Below are positions 27,497 to 38,520 of a stretch of 64,000 nt of DNA, one piece after another; position 1 is the first letter of the stretch; every line of letters begins with the position of its first letter. The DNA is taken from positions 3,296,001-3,360,000 of the forward strand of contig CBDDIJ010000003.1 of assembly GCA_965228855.1 (NCBI GenBank), written 5' to 3'. Below the pieces are notes generated by a model, which had not been told where the DNA came from, did not search any database, and saw only the letters and a program-made list of their open reading frames with translations. Both the position numbers and the translations under genes were made by a program. Source of the stretch: Candidatus Obscuribacterales bacterium. Its GTDB lineage: Bacteria > Cyanobacteriota > Vampirovibrionia > Obscuribacterales > Obscuribacteraceae.

Positions 27497-27537
27497 CCCC
27501 TCTTAACTCTCGTCGGTGCTTTACCCGACAACAACAA

Positions 27538-27870
27538 CTACACCACCAGCAAGTCCTGCAAGCTCAGTTGCCGACCAAGTTTGCTGGATTCATGCGCAAT
27601 CACTTTCCGCAGTCGATGTGGTCGCAAACAGAACGACTTGTTTCTGCGATAGACAAAACCAAGTTTCTCCAGTTTTTTGACAGTTTCAGTAAATTTTGAC
27701 GGCAAATCCGGTGTCGGTCCTTCGGCGTCTAACCAACGTATTGCGGCTCGACATTCAGATAATGTTCGCAATATAGGTGTGCCCGAGAAGGATATCTCGA
27801 ATTGAGAGGTCTCGGTTTCCCCAGCGCTTACCACTTCCACTTCACTCGTTGTTTTTTCGTTAACCAGCAT
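27538..27870 (-). CDS. Hypothetical protein
   Basis: 110-aa ORF with AGGAGG RBS. Confidence 0.55.
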   Translation of the reverse strand: MLVNEKTTSEVEVVSAGETETSQFEISFSGTPILRTLSECRAAIRWLDAEGPTPDLPSKFTETVKKLEKLGFVYRRNKSFCLRPHRLRKVIAHESSKLGRQLSLQDLLVV

Positions 27871-28287
27871 CTTGCCTCCTTAAGTATTCATCAGCCCGTT
27901 CCGCGTGACTCACCTCCAATGCGAGATCTGCCCGCAAGCGAAACTTGCGGAGCGAAAGACTTTTTTCCTCTATCCCTATTATAGCACAGAAACCGCAAAC
28001 GGTGCCACACTCAACACCCGAAGCAATCAGTCAATTTCTGCCACCATCTGCGGTGTCACCAACTTACTTAGCAATTTATTTACTGTTGATTTTGATGAAG
28101 GTGGTCTTGCAAGAGCAATTCGCCCACCCACAGGTGTAACGGAATCGATTACTCCACCTTGCTTGTAAATGTCTAAATGAGGTAACCTTACTCGAACTCT
28201 TCAGGCGCAGGGAGTTGAAGCACCTCAGACCTCCTGAAGCCGCAACGTCCAATACCCTGGCGAGAACAGTAGACCTGAGGAAGTCCA

Positions 28288-29676
28288 TTGAAAGAGAACA
28301 GTTGCTCGTCGGTTGCAACCAACGAACAAGTACAGAAGAATGCCGAAGGGCCAAACAACTGGATATCACGCGTATTAAGCCCGCCCGCTACTGGAACAGA
28401 AATGCCACCTTTCTTCAGACACGTATCAGAACCTGGTCTCTCGTCGCTACAGCGTCGCCTGGAAGATTTGAGCCGGTTGACGACCTCGTTTCTGATGCTC
28501 CTGTCGGCGTCTACAGTAATTGCTACCCTCGGTTTGTTTCAAAACAGTCCAGCCGTGATAATCGGCGCCATGATCATCGCGCCTCTGATGCGACCACTGG
28601 TTGGTCTGTCGCTAGGGACCTTGACTGGAGATAGCCGCCTTATTGCTCGTGCCGTAATTACTCTTGCCGTTGGAACGATCCTCGGAGTGATTTTATCGGC
28701 GATTCTTGGCCTCATCTTTCGGTCACTGGAACTGACTCCCGAAATATTGAACAGAACGCACCCAACCTTGCTCGACATGGGAGTCGCCATCGCAGCCGGA
28801 GCGATAGGTGCTTATTGCCAAGCCAACGAAAAGCTGAGCGAATCACTTGCAGGTGTTGCAATATCTGTGGCTCTTGTCCCTCCGCTGAGCGTCGTAGGAA
28901 TTGGTATCGCTTTCGGTGCTATTACAGTGTCCTTCGGAGCGCTGCTGCTATATGCAACAAACCTTGTCGGGATCACAGTTGCCGGAGCAATCGTTTTTCT
29001 GTTGCTCGGATACACACCGCTGCATCAGGCGACTAAGGGCTTAGCGCTGTCAGCCTTCGTAAGCCTGGTTCTTATTATTCCACTGGGATTTAGTATGCGC
29101 GAACTGGTCGTTGAAAACCAGATAAGCGCAAATATCAAATACATTCTCAAGGAGAAAACCCTGACGTTTAAGGACGTCCAACTTGATTCTGTAAAAGTCG
29201 AGCGCTTTAGGGAGCCGATGATCGTGTCAGCAACTGTGATGGCGCCGGAGCAACCGATTACACAGCGCCAGGTCACTCTCGTACGAGAATTTCTGGTAAA
29301 GGAATTGAACATACCGATTGAATTCAAACTGAAAATAATTCCTGTTACTCAAATTCAATCAGAGGTCTCTGCGACTGATGGAAATGCCACAACTGTGGAT
29401 CATTCAATCCGACCAGAGCGTACGGATAATCAAAACAGCGACAACTCACCTGTAGAGCCAGATCAAACAACGGCAGCAGAAACTGAACCTTCTACGGAGA
29501 ACTCTTCCGAAGGAAATTCGAGTCCAGCAGAACAGATACCGCCATCGGCTCTAGGCTCGACCAAACAGCCTCAAGTTCAGCAGTCCCAGCAGCTGCAGCA
29601 GGAACAACAACAATCAGCGCCGCAACAACTACCGCAGCCGACAGATAATCAATCTGGCGCCAACACCGAACAGTAA
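28288..29676 (+). CDS. DUF389 / TIGR00341-like membrane protein with Q/P/S-rich tail
   Basis: NSPAVIIGAMIIAPLMRP and LAGVAISVALVPPL motifs. Confidence 0.9.
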   Translation: MKENSCSSVATNEQVQKNAEGPNNWISRVLSPPATGTEMPPFFRHVSEPGLSSLQRRLEDLSRLTTSFLMLLSASTVIATLGLFQNSPAVIIGAMIIAPLMRPLVGLSLGTLTGDSRLIARAVITLAVGTILGVILSAILGLIFRSLELTPEILNRTHPTLLDMGVAIAAGAIGAYCQANEKLSESLAGVAISVALVPPLSVVGIGIAFGAITVSFGALLLYATNLVGITVAGAIVFLLLGYTPLHQATKGLALSAFVSLVLIIPLGFSMRELVVENQISANIKYILKEKTLTFKDVQLDSVKVERFREPMIVSATVMAPEQPITQRQVTLVREFLVKELNIPIEFKLKIIPVTQIQSEVSATDGNATTVDHSIRPERTDNQNSDNSPVEPDQTTAAETEPSTENSSEGNSSPAEQIPPSALGSTKQPQVQQSQQLQQEQQQSAPQQLPQPTDNQSGANTEQ

Positions 29677-29827
29677 TGTCGAATCCGTTTTTCTTCTATT
29701 TAATGTCGCGCCGGATGTTGTCAAAGGAGATATCTTTATGGCGATAAACATCGCGCAGGCCTGATCAGTGAAACCATTCTGAAACAGTCCTTTTGCGATC
29801 ATCGCAAATCCCGAAGGGAATCTTTCG

Positions 29828-30838
29828 TTGATGAATATCTGGATCCAATTCACTCTTTGCGCGGGCGTAATTCTTTACGCAGGCAGTCGCCTGAGCATCT
29901 ACGGGGACGCAATTGCCGACAAAACAGGACTTGGCAAGAGCTGGGTCGGATTAGTTCTACTTGCAACCGTGACCTCTCTGCCAGAACTCATCACCGGAGT
30001 TAGCTCGGTCACCTTGAACGATCTTCCCGACATGGCTGTGAGCGGCACCATTGGCAGTTGCATGTTCAACATGATGGTGATCGCCATTTTAGATCTGCTG
30101 TCCAGACATCGCCCGGTATCGCATATGGTGCATCAGGGACACATGATCTCGTGCGGTTTTGGGATAATTCTCTTGTCATTAGTGTCAATCGACATTGTTT
30201 TTGGAAAACACTTTCCAGCCATTACCGCACTCAATTCCCTTGATCCTGCGAGCATACTTTTCGTACTAATTTATCTACTTGCGATGCGACTCATCTATGA
30301 CTATGAAAAGGGCCGACTCTCGGAATTCGTTGAAGAGGTAGTAGAAGCAACCGCTAACACTCAAAAAAGTTTGACTTACATCCTTGGCATGTTTTTGCTA
30401 AATTCTCTGCTCATCGTGGTTGCGGCATGCTATCTTCCTGGCATTGGCGAGCAGATAGCTGCTCAAACCGGCATGGGTGAGAGCTTTATCGGCACATCAT
30501 TCATAGCCATAACCACATCATTGCCGGAAATTACTGTGTCGATTGCAGCCGCTCGCATGGGCGCGTTCGATATGGCAGTTGGCAACTTACTCGGAAGCAA
30601 TCTGTTCAACATCGGAATTCTTTCAATCATCGATGCCTGTTACACCAAGGCGCCGCTTCTGCGAACCGTTTCGCTCACAAATTCCGCGACAGCTCTGTTC
30701 GCGAGTATTGCTCTGGCAATCGTTGTAATTGGACTGACCTATCGATCGGAAAAGAAATTCTGGTTCCTCGCCGGCGATGCGATTGCGATTTGCCTTGTCT
30801 ATTGCGCCTCTTGCGCACTCCTGTTCTTCGCGAATTAA
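29828..30838 (+). CDS. Na+/Ca2+ antiporter (YrbG/CaCA family)
   Basis: Two alpha repeats: TSLPEL...GSCMFN and TSLPEI...GNLLGSNLFN. Confidence 0.9.
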   Translation: MMNIWIQFTLCAGVILYAGSRLSIYGDAIADKTGLGKSWVGLVLLATVTSLPELITGVSSVTLNDLPDMAVSGTIGSCMFNMMVIAILDLLSRHRPVSHMVHQGHMISCGFGIILLSLVSIDIVFGKHFPAITALNSLDPASILFVLIYLLAMRLIYDYEKGRLSEFVEEVVEATANTQKSLTYILGMFLLNSLLIVVAACYLPGIGEQIAAQTGMGESFIGTSFIAITTSLPEITVSIAAARMGAFDMAVGNLLGSNLFNIGILSIIDACYTKAPLLRTVSLTNSATALFASIALAIVVIGLTYRSEKKFWFLAGDAIAICLVYCASCALLFFAN

Positions 30839-30992
30839 TCCGTTGAGAAGGTGCAGCCGCGCACGGCTTTCCGTTAACCTCCCAAGCAAAACTATCCGCT
30901 GAAATTTCGCTGGACCCTCTATGCGTATACGTTTTCAAAGAAATGTCGGAGCAACCGAATAAAGTTCAAGAGTAGTCGGCCAATGCTCAGCT

Positions 30993-32588
30993 TTGAATGC
31001 CATAAAACGGGAAGAACATAGAAAGAGTAAAAGGGTTTGCCCATTGTCGGATTATCAAACGGAAAAGGAAAAGGTCGTCCTCAAGACCACGCAGAGCTCG
31101 CCGGAAGACGGTTTGAGCGATTCGTCGCTTGATGGCTCACCTGATCTTGGCGCTCGTTATGAAATCCACGAGTGCCTCGGTCGCGGGGGAATGGGTGCGG
31201 TTTACAAAATCTATGATAAAGACCTTGCATGCTTTCTTGCCGCCAAAGTAATCCGTCAAGAATTGGCAGAAAATGCGCAAGCTGTTAAACGTTTCGACCA
31301 AGAGATTAAGGCAGCGTCGAACCTGTCCCACGAGAATTTAGTTCATGTGTACGGCGGCGGTCGTTCTGAATCAAACGTGCCGTACATGCTTATGGATTTT
31401 ATCGATGGAGTCAGCTTATCTGATGCACTCAAACGCGGTCCACTCGGTGCGGAGCGCGCTCTGAATGTTTTTATTCAAGCGTGCTCTGCTCTCGAGTACG
31501 CCCACAAGTCCAACGTTATTCACCGTGATCTTAAACCAAGCAACATAATGCTCAAGAAGACCGAATCCGGAGAAGAGTGCGTTCGTCTTCTAGACTTTGG
31601 AATCGCCAAGGTTTTGCCGAGCGAAGGCGCCGATTTTAGCAAAACAAATCTGACGCAAACCGGAGACGTCTTCGGAAGCCCGCTCTACATGTCGCCTGAG
31701 CAGTGCCAGAACAATCCCCAGGACGCCCGCTCAGACATCTACGCGCTCGGTTGTGTTATGTATGAGGCGCTGACAGGCATCCAACCCTTTGCGGAAGATA
31801 ATCCAGTCAAAATAATCTTGAAGCATATGAACTACGAGCCGCCATTGGTATCGACGCGCCTTCCCAATTTCCCGCATTTAAAAGTCTTCGACGCTGTCAT
31901 TCAAAAGTGCCTTGAAAAAGATCCGGCAGATCGATATCAAAAAATTTATGATCTCAAACGAGATCTGGAGAATATCGCTAATGGAAAACCGCCAAGCGCA
32001 AGGCTGAGAAAGCGATTCGCGGAGAAGCGTGTCCCTACGAGAAGAGTCTTCATTATTGCCGCCATTATTGCCGTGATTATGGGCGTGTCCGGGGCGTTCC
32101 TGAGCGAAGGACTAAAGCTTTATACTCGCTTGAATAATCAATCAGGCGATTCCTTCTCGGAAGCAACCACATTAGACGCAAAGTCATATCATTATTTTAT
32201 GAAAGGCGAGTTCGAAAAAGCCGCTCCGCTTCTAGAGTTCGGCATAGCAACTTACAGAGAGAGAGTTGACGCGGACAAGAAATCGAAAGACACCGCACAA
32301 CAGTTGCGAGACGAAACCCTGCTCACCGAAAACATTCAGCATGTCGGCAAATGTTATCTGGAGATCGCCAAGCGAGCGCAAAATGAGGGCAAACAGTCGA
32401 AGGCAAAAACCAATTATCTCAAGGCTCTTGAACGTTATCGCGAAGCCATGAAGTTCTGGATGCGATACAACTATTCCCAGATAAACAACAGCACCATGGC
32501 ACCAGAAGCCGTAGGCGAGTATCGGTTTATTTTAAACGAATTGAAACTCAATGATGAGTTGAAGCGCTTAGACGCGTGGGCAACATAG
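30993..32588 (+). CDS. PknB-like Ser/Thr kinase with TM and C-terminal TPR-like region
   Basis: LGRGGMGAVY, HRDLKPSN, DFG, GSPLYMSPEQ. Confidence 0.9.
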   Translation: MNAIKREEHRKSKRVCPLSDYQTEKEKVVLKTTQSSPEDGLSDSSLDGSPDLGARYEIHECLGRGGMGAVYKIYDKDLACFLAAKVIRQELAENAQAVKRFDQEIKAASNLSHENLVHVYGGGRSESNVPYMLMDFIDGVSLSDALKRGPLGAERALNVFIQACSALEYAHKSNVIHRDLKPSNIMLKKTESGEECVRLLDFGIAKVLPSEGADFSKTNLTQTGDVFGSPLYMSPEQCQNNPQDARSDIYALGCVMYEALTGIQPFAEDNPVKIILKHMNYEPPLVSTRLPNFPHLKVFDAVIQKCLEKDPADRYQKIYDLKRDLENIANGKPPSARLRKRFAEKRVPTRRVFIIAAIIAVIMGVSGAFLSEGLKLYTRLNNQSGDSFSEATTLDAKSYHYFMKGEFEKAAPLLEFGIATYRERVDADKKSKDTAQQLRDETLLTENIQHVGKCYLEIAKRAQNEGKQSKAKTNYLKALERYREAMKFWMRYNYSQINNSTMAPEAVGEYRFILNELKLNDELKRLDAWAT

Positions 32589-32599
32589 CAGAAGACCAA

Positions 32600-33325
32600 T
32601 CATCGAATCTCCAACCGCTTTTTCAAGTACGCAGTCGTCTTCGGGAAGTCCTTCAGCAGTCCATCATGCCAATCCGGTCCTCCAATGAGGACTCCGATAA
32701 TTGATGAACAACCAAGCGCGCGCGTGTCATGGTTTCTATTCAATTCCTCGACGTATTCATCTTCTTTGCTCGCCGGGATATTGTCGAGATCTTCGTTGTA
32801 CAAACGTGTAAGCTCATCGTTCTTGGTCATCACACCCATGCAATCATTTATTGCATGACCGAGAATCTGACACAGTGTCCCACGGATCGTTTCTTGGGAC
32901 CGAGGACGTTTGAGTTCTTCGCTGCCGCGAACCTTCTTTGCTTCATAAACCCAAACATCGCGTCCGTAACAGCGTCCCCCTTCCTCACCCATTGTCATGT
33001 CGAGGTCGCCTGGTCTCAATCCATCACCAGATCCCGGCCAATTGTCCTCAATGTTAGGGGCTAGATTGATAGAAGCACCGCCCTCCTCAAGAAGGTTATA
33101 GACCTTAGGCGGCAATTTTTCGAGAACATCTTTTGCCGTCGCAACAGTCTCGGCTCGAACCGGAGCGTGTCCGAACTTCGGAGCGATGACTCGAATGCGC
33201 TCGTTTATCAAAGGTCCCTTGTTCGGCGGGTCTTTCAGCCCAAAACCCAGCCCAAACATGAATAGAACCAGACAGCAACCAATTGCAGCAATCGCGAACG
33301 TAAGTTGTTTCTTTCTCAAGATCAT
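32600..33325 (-). CDS. Membrane-anchored ATLF/PPEP-like protein with degenerate zincin motif (paralogue 2)
   Basis: LEKLPPKVYNLL...GASINL, CQILGHAIND at the HExxH position, FPKTTAYL C-terminus. Confidence 0.6.
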   Translation of the reverse strand: MILRKKQLTFAIAAIGCCLVLFMFGLGFGLKDPPNKGPLINERIRVIAPKFGHAPVRAETVATAKDVLEKLPPKVYNLLEEGGASINLAPNIEDNWPGSGDGLRPGDLDMTMGEEGGRCYGRDVWVYEAKKVRGSEELKRPRSQETIRGTLCQILGHAINDCMGVMTKNDELTRLYNEDLDNIPASKEDEYVEELNRNHDTRALGCSSIIGVLIGGPDWHDGLLKDFPKTTAYLKKRLEIR

Positions 33326-33369
33326 GCGAGCACATCCTTTGTAGTTGACACCATATACGGTGCAACAAT

Positions 33370-34101
33370 TTACCGTAGTTCTAAACGCTTTTTGTAATAA
33401 GCAGTGGTGAGCGGAAAGTTTTCCAAAATATTGACTTGATGCGAATATGGTCTGCCGCCAAGCAACACGCCGATGATTTCCGAACAGGTCATGTCACGCG
33501 ATTGATCGGCGGTCTCATCTTCAGAACTGTAGTTCTCTTTGATATCATCAGGCAGAGCATTGAAATCCTGCTCGTAGATCTCTCTGAGCTTCGGATTCCT
33601 GGTCAAGCCTCCCATTGAATCGTTGATGCAATGACCCATAATCTGATACATTGCCTGCCGAATCTTAGATACACTGCGCGCCGGCTTCAGTTTTTTGCTC
33701 CCACGAATCTTTTCGGCCTCGTACAGCCAGATATCGCGCCCGTAGCAGCGACCACCTTCCTCGCCCATAGTCATATGCGGCGCGCCCGGTTTCAAACCAT
33801 CGCCGGAGTCAGGCCAGTTATCCTCGATATTCGGCGCCAGATTGACTGAAGCACCTTGTTCTTGCAGCATGTTATAAACTTTTGGAGGCAATTTCAGCAG
33901 AACGTCTTTTGCCATCGCGACTGTTTCCGGTCTGACCGGATCATGTCCGTATCGCGGAGGGATAACGCGTATGCGTTTCTCAATGAGCGGCCCGGAGTTA
34001 TCTCGGTCCTTCATGCCGAAACTAAGACCAACCGCAAAGAGGAGCAGACAGCACCCAAGTGCAGCAATAGCTAGCGATAGCTGTTTTTTCTTGAATATCA
34101 T
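33370..34101 (-). CDS. Membrane-anchored ATLF/PPEP-like protein with degenerate zincin motif (paralogue 1)
   Basis: Tandem paralogue sharing NLAPNIEDNWP and MTMGEEGGRCYGRD; YQIMGHCIND. Confidence 0.6.
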   Translation of the reverse strand: MIFKKKQLSLAIAALGCCLLLFAVGLSFGMKDRDNSGPLIEKRIRVIPPRYGHDPVRPETVAMAKDVLLKLPPKVYNMLQEQGASVNLAPNIEDNWPDSGDGLKPGAPHMTMGEEGGRCYGRDIWLYEAEKIRGSKKLKPARSVSKIRQAMYQIMGHCINDSMGGLTRNPKLREIYEQDFNALPDDIKENYSSEDETADQSRDMTCSEIIGVLLGGRPYSHQVNILENFPLTTAYYKKRLELR

Positions 34102-34323
34102 GAACCCATCATAGTGCTTACTTTAAAACGTCGCAAGCTTCAAGAATTTTGATCCATTCACCAGGGTTTCGGCAAATTTTTCGCGATGAAACGCGAAGCA
34201 GAGTTCCCTTGAGAAACCCAAAGTTACTTATCCAAAATTTCGTCCCAGAGACTTCGATTATACAAATCAGCCAGCGCCACCAGATACGGTGACACCGGCT
34301 GACACGGTTTTCACAAACCTGAT

Positions 34324-35676
34324 TTAAGCCTTGCGTATTGCCGGCGGATTCCACTTGCCGTTAAGCGCGCGCCCCTGAGGAGCGTAGAGGCGCATCGTGA
34401 CACCCAACTCACCGCCGGCAGGTCCGGGCAGCCAATTGGATTCGAGGTCGGCTCCAGGCGACTCATGTTGAATGTATAAGTCGATGGAACCGTCAGCGTT
34501 CTTCTTGAGAGGCATCCAGGAACTTACAGCAAAGCGATTGAGAACGTTCGCAACCTGGAAGCCGTTGGAGTCGTACATCGTTAGCGACCAGAACGCATTC
34601 ACAGGCGGAATCTGATCCGCAGGGAAGTGCAACACGTACTTCTTGTCACCGGTAAGCGGCTGACCATCAGCATCCGCAAAGTTCAAAGGATAAATCGCGT
34701 CTTCCACCTGGTTGGCACCCAAGCCGACGAGCGCAACAATGGCTCGCTTCATGTAGAAGTTGCCGTACACTCCCATCGTGTCGGTATTCATAGCCCAACC
34801 ATTGACGGGACGCCCGGTGGTTTTTGCCAGGGCTCCCATATTCTTCAATGCGTCTTGCGCACCGCGAGAGAATTCGCTAAGCATCTCTCCATCCAGCTTT
34901 TTGAGGTCAAAGGATTTGCCGGCTTCAAGACCTAAGCCGCGTAACCTGGCAATCAATGACCAGTCGGTTTTGTGAGGTGCATGAATCTTCAGCAACTCAC
35001 CCGCGAGGCTGAAAAACTGATCAAGCGGCATCGCGTTAACCGTCTCAAGCGGAGGTGTTTTCATATCGATACTGGAATCGATTTTGTGCTCCATCGGCTT
35101 CGGCTGCCCGCCCCAGGCGGAGAGAGGAGTAACGGTCAATGAATCCTGAATCGCGTGAACGGACTTGTAATCATCGGGACCATCGGTCTTGATACGCCCG
35201 ATTACCCACACATAAACCGACGTCGCGTCGACACGTTGCAAACCTGACGGCAACGTGCCACTCCAATCAGGTGGAACAACGGCGATTTGCTGCGCACTGG
35301 TTCCTGACGTCCTCCAACCTGGGGCTGCAAATACATCAGTCCACATATCGAGCATTGGCAATAAATAGTAGCGCCCCGCCGTATCTGCAACGGAGACAAT
35401 CATGGGCTCTTGCGTCAAGTCCAGCCAAGCAGAGCTGTACAGCGTGTCAAAGTTCGGTCGCACAACTGCTTTGAAATCCGCATCGGGGTAAGCGCGAATA
35501 TGGGAGAAGGCATTCATAGGGCCAAATCCAGGTCGCTGCCCTGCGGGCGCGTTAGTCGTTTGGCGACGTGTGACTTCCATCAGGACTAGAGGATAGAAGT
35601 AATAGAAAGACTCCGCTCCAATGTCGTAAGCTTGCTCCGCTGAAATCGCGCATGCGGAAACCGTTCCAGTGCCCAT
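34324..35676 (-). CDS. DUF1254/DUF1214 domain protein
   Basis: VVRPNFDTLYSSAWLDL, PPVNAFWSLTMYD, ESNWLP...MRLYAP. Confidence 0.9.
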   Translation of the reverse strand: MGTGTVSACAISAEQAYDIGAESFYYFYPLVLMEVTRRQTTNAPAGQRPGFGPMNAFSHIRAYPDADFKAVVRPNFDTLYSSAWLDLTQEPMIVSVADTAGRYYLLPMLDMWTDVFAAPGWRTSGTSAQQIAVVPPDWSGTLPSGLQRVDATSVYVWVIGRIKTDGPDDYKSVHAIQDSLTVTPLSAWGGQPKPMEHKIDSSIDMKTPPLETVNAMPLDQFFSLAGELLKIHAPHKTDWSLIARLRGLGLEAGKSFDLKKLDGEMLSEFSRGAQDALKNMGALAKTTGRPVNGWAMNTDTMGVYGNFYMKRAIVALVGLGANQVEDAIYPLNFADADGQPLTGDKKYVLHFPADQIPPVNAFWSLTMYDSNGFQVANVLNRFAVSSWMPLKKNADGSIDLYIQHESPGADLESNWLPGPAGGELGVTMRLYAPQGRALNGKWNPPAIRKA

Positions 35677-35733
35677 ATAACAACCTCCGAGTCGGGTGGC
35701 AGTGGTATTCGAAAGAACGCCGAAAGAAGTATA

Positions 35734-36825
35734 TCACTTCATCTCAAACATAGGTCGCTCCGCCGGAGCCTCATTCAGCTTCTTGGCCTCAGCTCGATCC
35801 CTCGCAGCGAGTTCGGTTTTACCGAGCTTGTCATACGCATCCGCACGCGCGAGAAAATTACTTCCTGATTCCGGCATCGTCTCAATCGCTTCAGTGAAAT
35901 CTTCCACGGCCTTGTCATAGTCTTTCATCTTCATGTATTCCAAGCCGCGCATTCGAAGCGGCTCATCATCTTCCACATCAAATTTAGCGGCCTCACTCAG
36001 ATAGGCGATCGCTTCCTTGTGATGTCCGCTTGATCCACGCAAAGCCGCGAGTCGTTTATAAGCAATCGCCTTCAATGGAACCTTTGCTTTGGTCTCATCA
36101 AGCGTTAGCATGTGTTTGTAGACCGCACAGGCATCGTCAAATTTTTTCATAGACTCTAAAACTTGCCCTTGCTGAAAGTAGCAAGCCAGACTCTCGGGAT
36201 CCAGCTTGGCTAGCTGCTTGTAATCAGCCAACGCTTTTTCTTTTTCGCCGATGGAAACATAAATAACCGCTCGTGCTTTGTACAAATCCTTTAAATCGGG
36301 AGCAAGCTTCATTGCAGTTGTAAGACTCTCGATTGCCTTATCGGCTTGTTTACTGCTGTCGTACAGTCGGGCTAAAACGATGTATGGCTCAGGTCCTGGG
36401 TAACCGAGAGCGATAGCCTTTTTCAGATCTTCCAATGCGGCTTTGTCTTTTCCCGAAATCGCGTTACATCTAACCCGCCCCCGCAGATGATATGCGGCAG
36501 CGTTCTTTTCATTCAACGAAATCGCCTCACTGAGCATCATCTCAGCCGCTTCGTTATCGCCGACATCGGCGGCAAGCTTTCCCGCTTCGGTCAACATAAC
36601 GGAATCTTCTCGCGGAGAGTTTCGCAACTTGGTTCCGTATTTTTTTATTGCTTGTTTAAACGAAAGCTTCTTCGGAGTGAATACGATGCGATCGAGTTCG
36701 GCATCTTCATGACCTGAATGCTTTTTCTGCGAAGAACCGCTCACAGCGGTTTCTTTATTGACGCCACAACCGCTCGAGATCAAAATTGATCCGACAATGA
36801 AAAGAACAGGGAGCGCGCGTCGCAT
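35734..36825 (-). CDS. TPR-repeat lipoprotein
   Basis: Lipobox-like ISSGC and multiple TPR motifs. Confidence 0.85.
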   Translation of the reverse strand: MRRALPVLFIVGSILISSGCGVNKETAVSGSSQKKHSGHEDAELDRIVFTPKKLSFKQAIKKYGTKLRNSPREDSVMLTEAGKLAADVGDNEAAEMMLSEAISLNEKNAAAYHLRGRVRCNAISGKDKAALEDLKKAIALGYPGPEPYIVLARLYDSSKQADKAIESLTTAMKLAPDLKDLYKARAVIYVSIGEKEKALADYKQLAKLDPESLACYFQQGQVLESMKKFDDACAVYKHMLTLDETKAKVPLKAIAYKRLAALRGSSGHHKEAIAYLSEAAKFDVEDDEPLRMRGLEYMKMKDYDKAVEDFTEAIETMPESGSNFLARADAYDKLGKTELAARDRAEAKKLNEAPAERPMFEMK

Positions 36826-36921
36826 TTTCTCAGCACCAAACTAACGGTCGCTGATCTATATTACTACGTCATCAATGAGCGCCTGTCGCAAAGCTCGCAG
36901 AACCGGATGTTTTTCGCTTAG

Positions 36922-37164
36922 CTAATACCAGATATCAGCCTCTCCCCGAAGTAAATAGGCATCCAGGCCAAACAAGATACACAGGAAACCTGCCACCAAC
37001 AGCGTGAGTGCGACAATAAAATTGAGAATGCCCTCTGCCGCGTTCATTGACGCGCCAAATTGAAACCAGGCTAGGACGACGAACAGAACACCCAAAAGGG
37101 TTTGACCGACATAAAGAAGCTTCTTCAGTTCTCTGTATCTGAAAAACATAGTTGCCTCCTTCAT
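36922..37164 (-). CDS. Small two-TM membrane protein
   Basis: Two hydrophobic helices; AGGAGG precedes the internal ATG at about 37149. Confidence 0.65.
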   Translation of the reverse strand: MKEATMFFRYRELKKLLYVGQTLLGVLFVVLAWFQFGASMNAAEGILNFIVALTLLVAGFLCILFGLDAYLLRGEADIWY

Positions 37165-37273
37165 TTGCTAAGCGTCAATCAGCCTTGCATGTCGAAGACT
37201 CGGCGACTTGCGAAGACTGATTGACTGTAGGCAAGCAAAGCTCTTAGCTTCGAACGTTGCTATTTTAGTGAGT

Positions 37274-38173
37274 TCAGTGAAGTACAACCTCATCCTTACG
37301 GATGACTTTTTCCGGCAACTCACTCATCCTTTCGGATTCGACGTTTTGCTTAACGCTCCCGGCAGCAGTTCTGCGAAGTTGTTGCGTTTCAGCACACTCA
37401 GCAGGTGATTTCACGATCAAACGAGCCTGCTTGGATTTCTCGCTGGGCAAGCGAATGTGTGATGCTAATCCGAGAAAACTCAGTACTCGAATCACGATCC
37501 AGGTCGGGTCAATCTCTCTGGTTGCCAGACCATGACGAGCAGACTGCGGAAAGGCGTGGTGATTGTTGTGCCATCCCTCTCCCATAGACAGTGCTGCAAC
37601 GTACCAGACGTTTCGGCTTCCATCGTTGCTTTCATATGTTTGATAGCCGCATTGCGGTAGGTGGGAAATAGTGTTTACTAGCAACGGTGCCAGGAATGCC
37701 AATCCAGTGGCCGCCAGATTTCCGGCAAGTACGATTGGACCAAACGCGAAGAAAATCGCGACGCGGAAAAGAATCCCGATAGCCAGACAGAGAGGTCCTT
37801 CCCATTGACTGTGTCCACAATGCAGAGCGCGATAAACCGGATCGCGGTACAAGTCCGGAACGATTCTCCTGCTGTCCTCGGCTGTGATGATGACTTTCGG
37901 CTTCCACATCCATGAGATAAATGCGTGCCACATGCCGTCTAGCGGAGAGTGCGGATCTCCCGGGTTATCTGAATATTTGTGGTGCAAGCGGTGAGTCGCC
38001 ACCCAAAAGATAGGCGAACCTTCAAGAGTCAAATAGCCGCCGGATACAACCAGGTACTCCAGCCAGAGCGGAATCTTGATGGAGCGATGCGACAGCAAGC
38101 GGTGGTAGCCGAGTGTGATTCCGAGCGCGTGATAGATGTAGAACCCCAAAAACGATAGCAAAAAAGTTTCCAT
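37274..38173 (-). CDS. Delta-9-type acyl-lipid/acyl-CoA desaturase
   Basis: His boxes YHRLLSH, HRLHH, GEGWHNNHH; DPHSP. Confidence 0.95.
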   Translation of the reverse strand: METFLLSFLGFYIYHALGITLGYHRLLSHRSIKIPLWLEYLVVSGGYLTLEGSPIFWVATHRLHHKYSDNPGDPHSPLDGMWHAFISWMWKPKVIITAEDSRRIVPDLYRDPVYRALHCGHSQWEGPLCLAIGILFRVAIFFAFGPIVLAGNLAATGLAFLAPLLVNTISHLPQCGYQTYESNDGSRNVWYVAALSMGEGWHNNHHAFPQSARHGLATREIDPTWIVIRVLSFLGLASHIRLPSEKSKQARLIVKSPAECAETQQLRRTAAGSVKQNVESERMSELPEKVIRKDEVVLH

Positions 38174-38520
38174 AATAAATCTGATTCATTCCTCCGGACG
38201 CCGGTTGACAGGTGTTTCGGCCACTTGAGGTCAAGCGTGAAACCGTCTCTGCTTAACCGTCTGCATCAACTTCATTTAGAGGTTGCTCCTTGCGGAACAA
38301 CTTGAGTTGTTACGCGCTAAAGACTATTCCGATCGCAAACCAAAAAAATCGTCCTTTGGACTGATCTTGAAGCGCTACAATTCGTTTGCAAAACAAACGG
38401 ATTTATCGAAGTTTTCCGGCAAACGTGCGACACTACAGGTTTCGCACCCTTGTCAATGGAACGGTGCGGGCACAGCGCTGCGCCAAACACGGCACTGCCG
38501 CGGACATAAGGAATATCGTC

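Noticed and set aside
27900..28170. Possible riboswitch in the intergenic region (hairpin CCGCAAG/CTTGCGG)
   Set aside because: No riboswitch consensus recognisable by eye; needs an Rfam scan
38386..38520. N-terminal extension of YchF
   Set aside because: Family homology begins at MLKAGIVG (ATG 38521)
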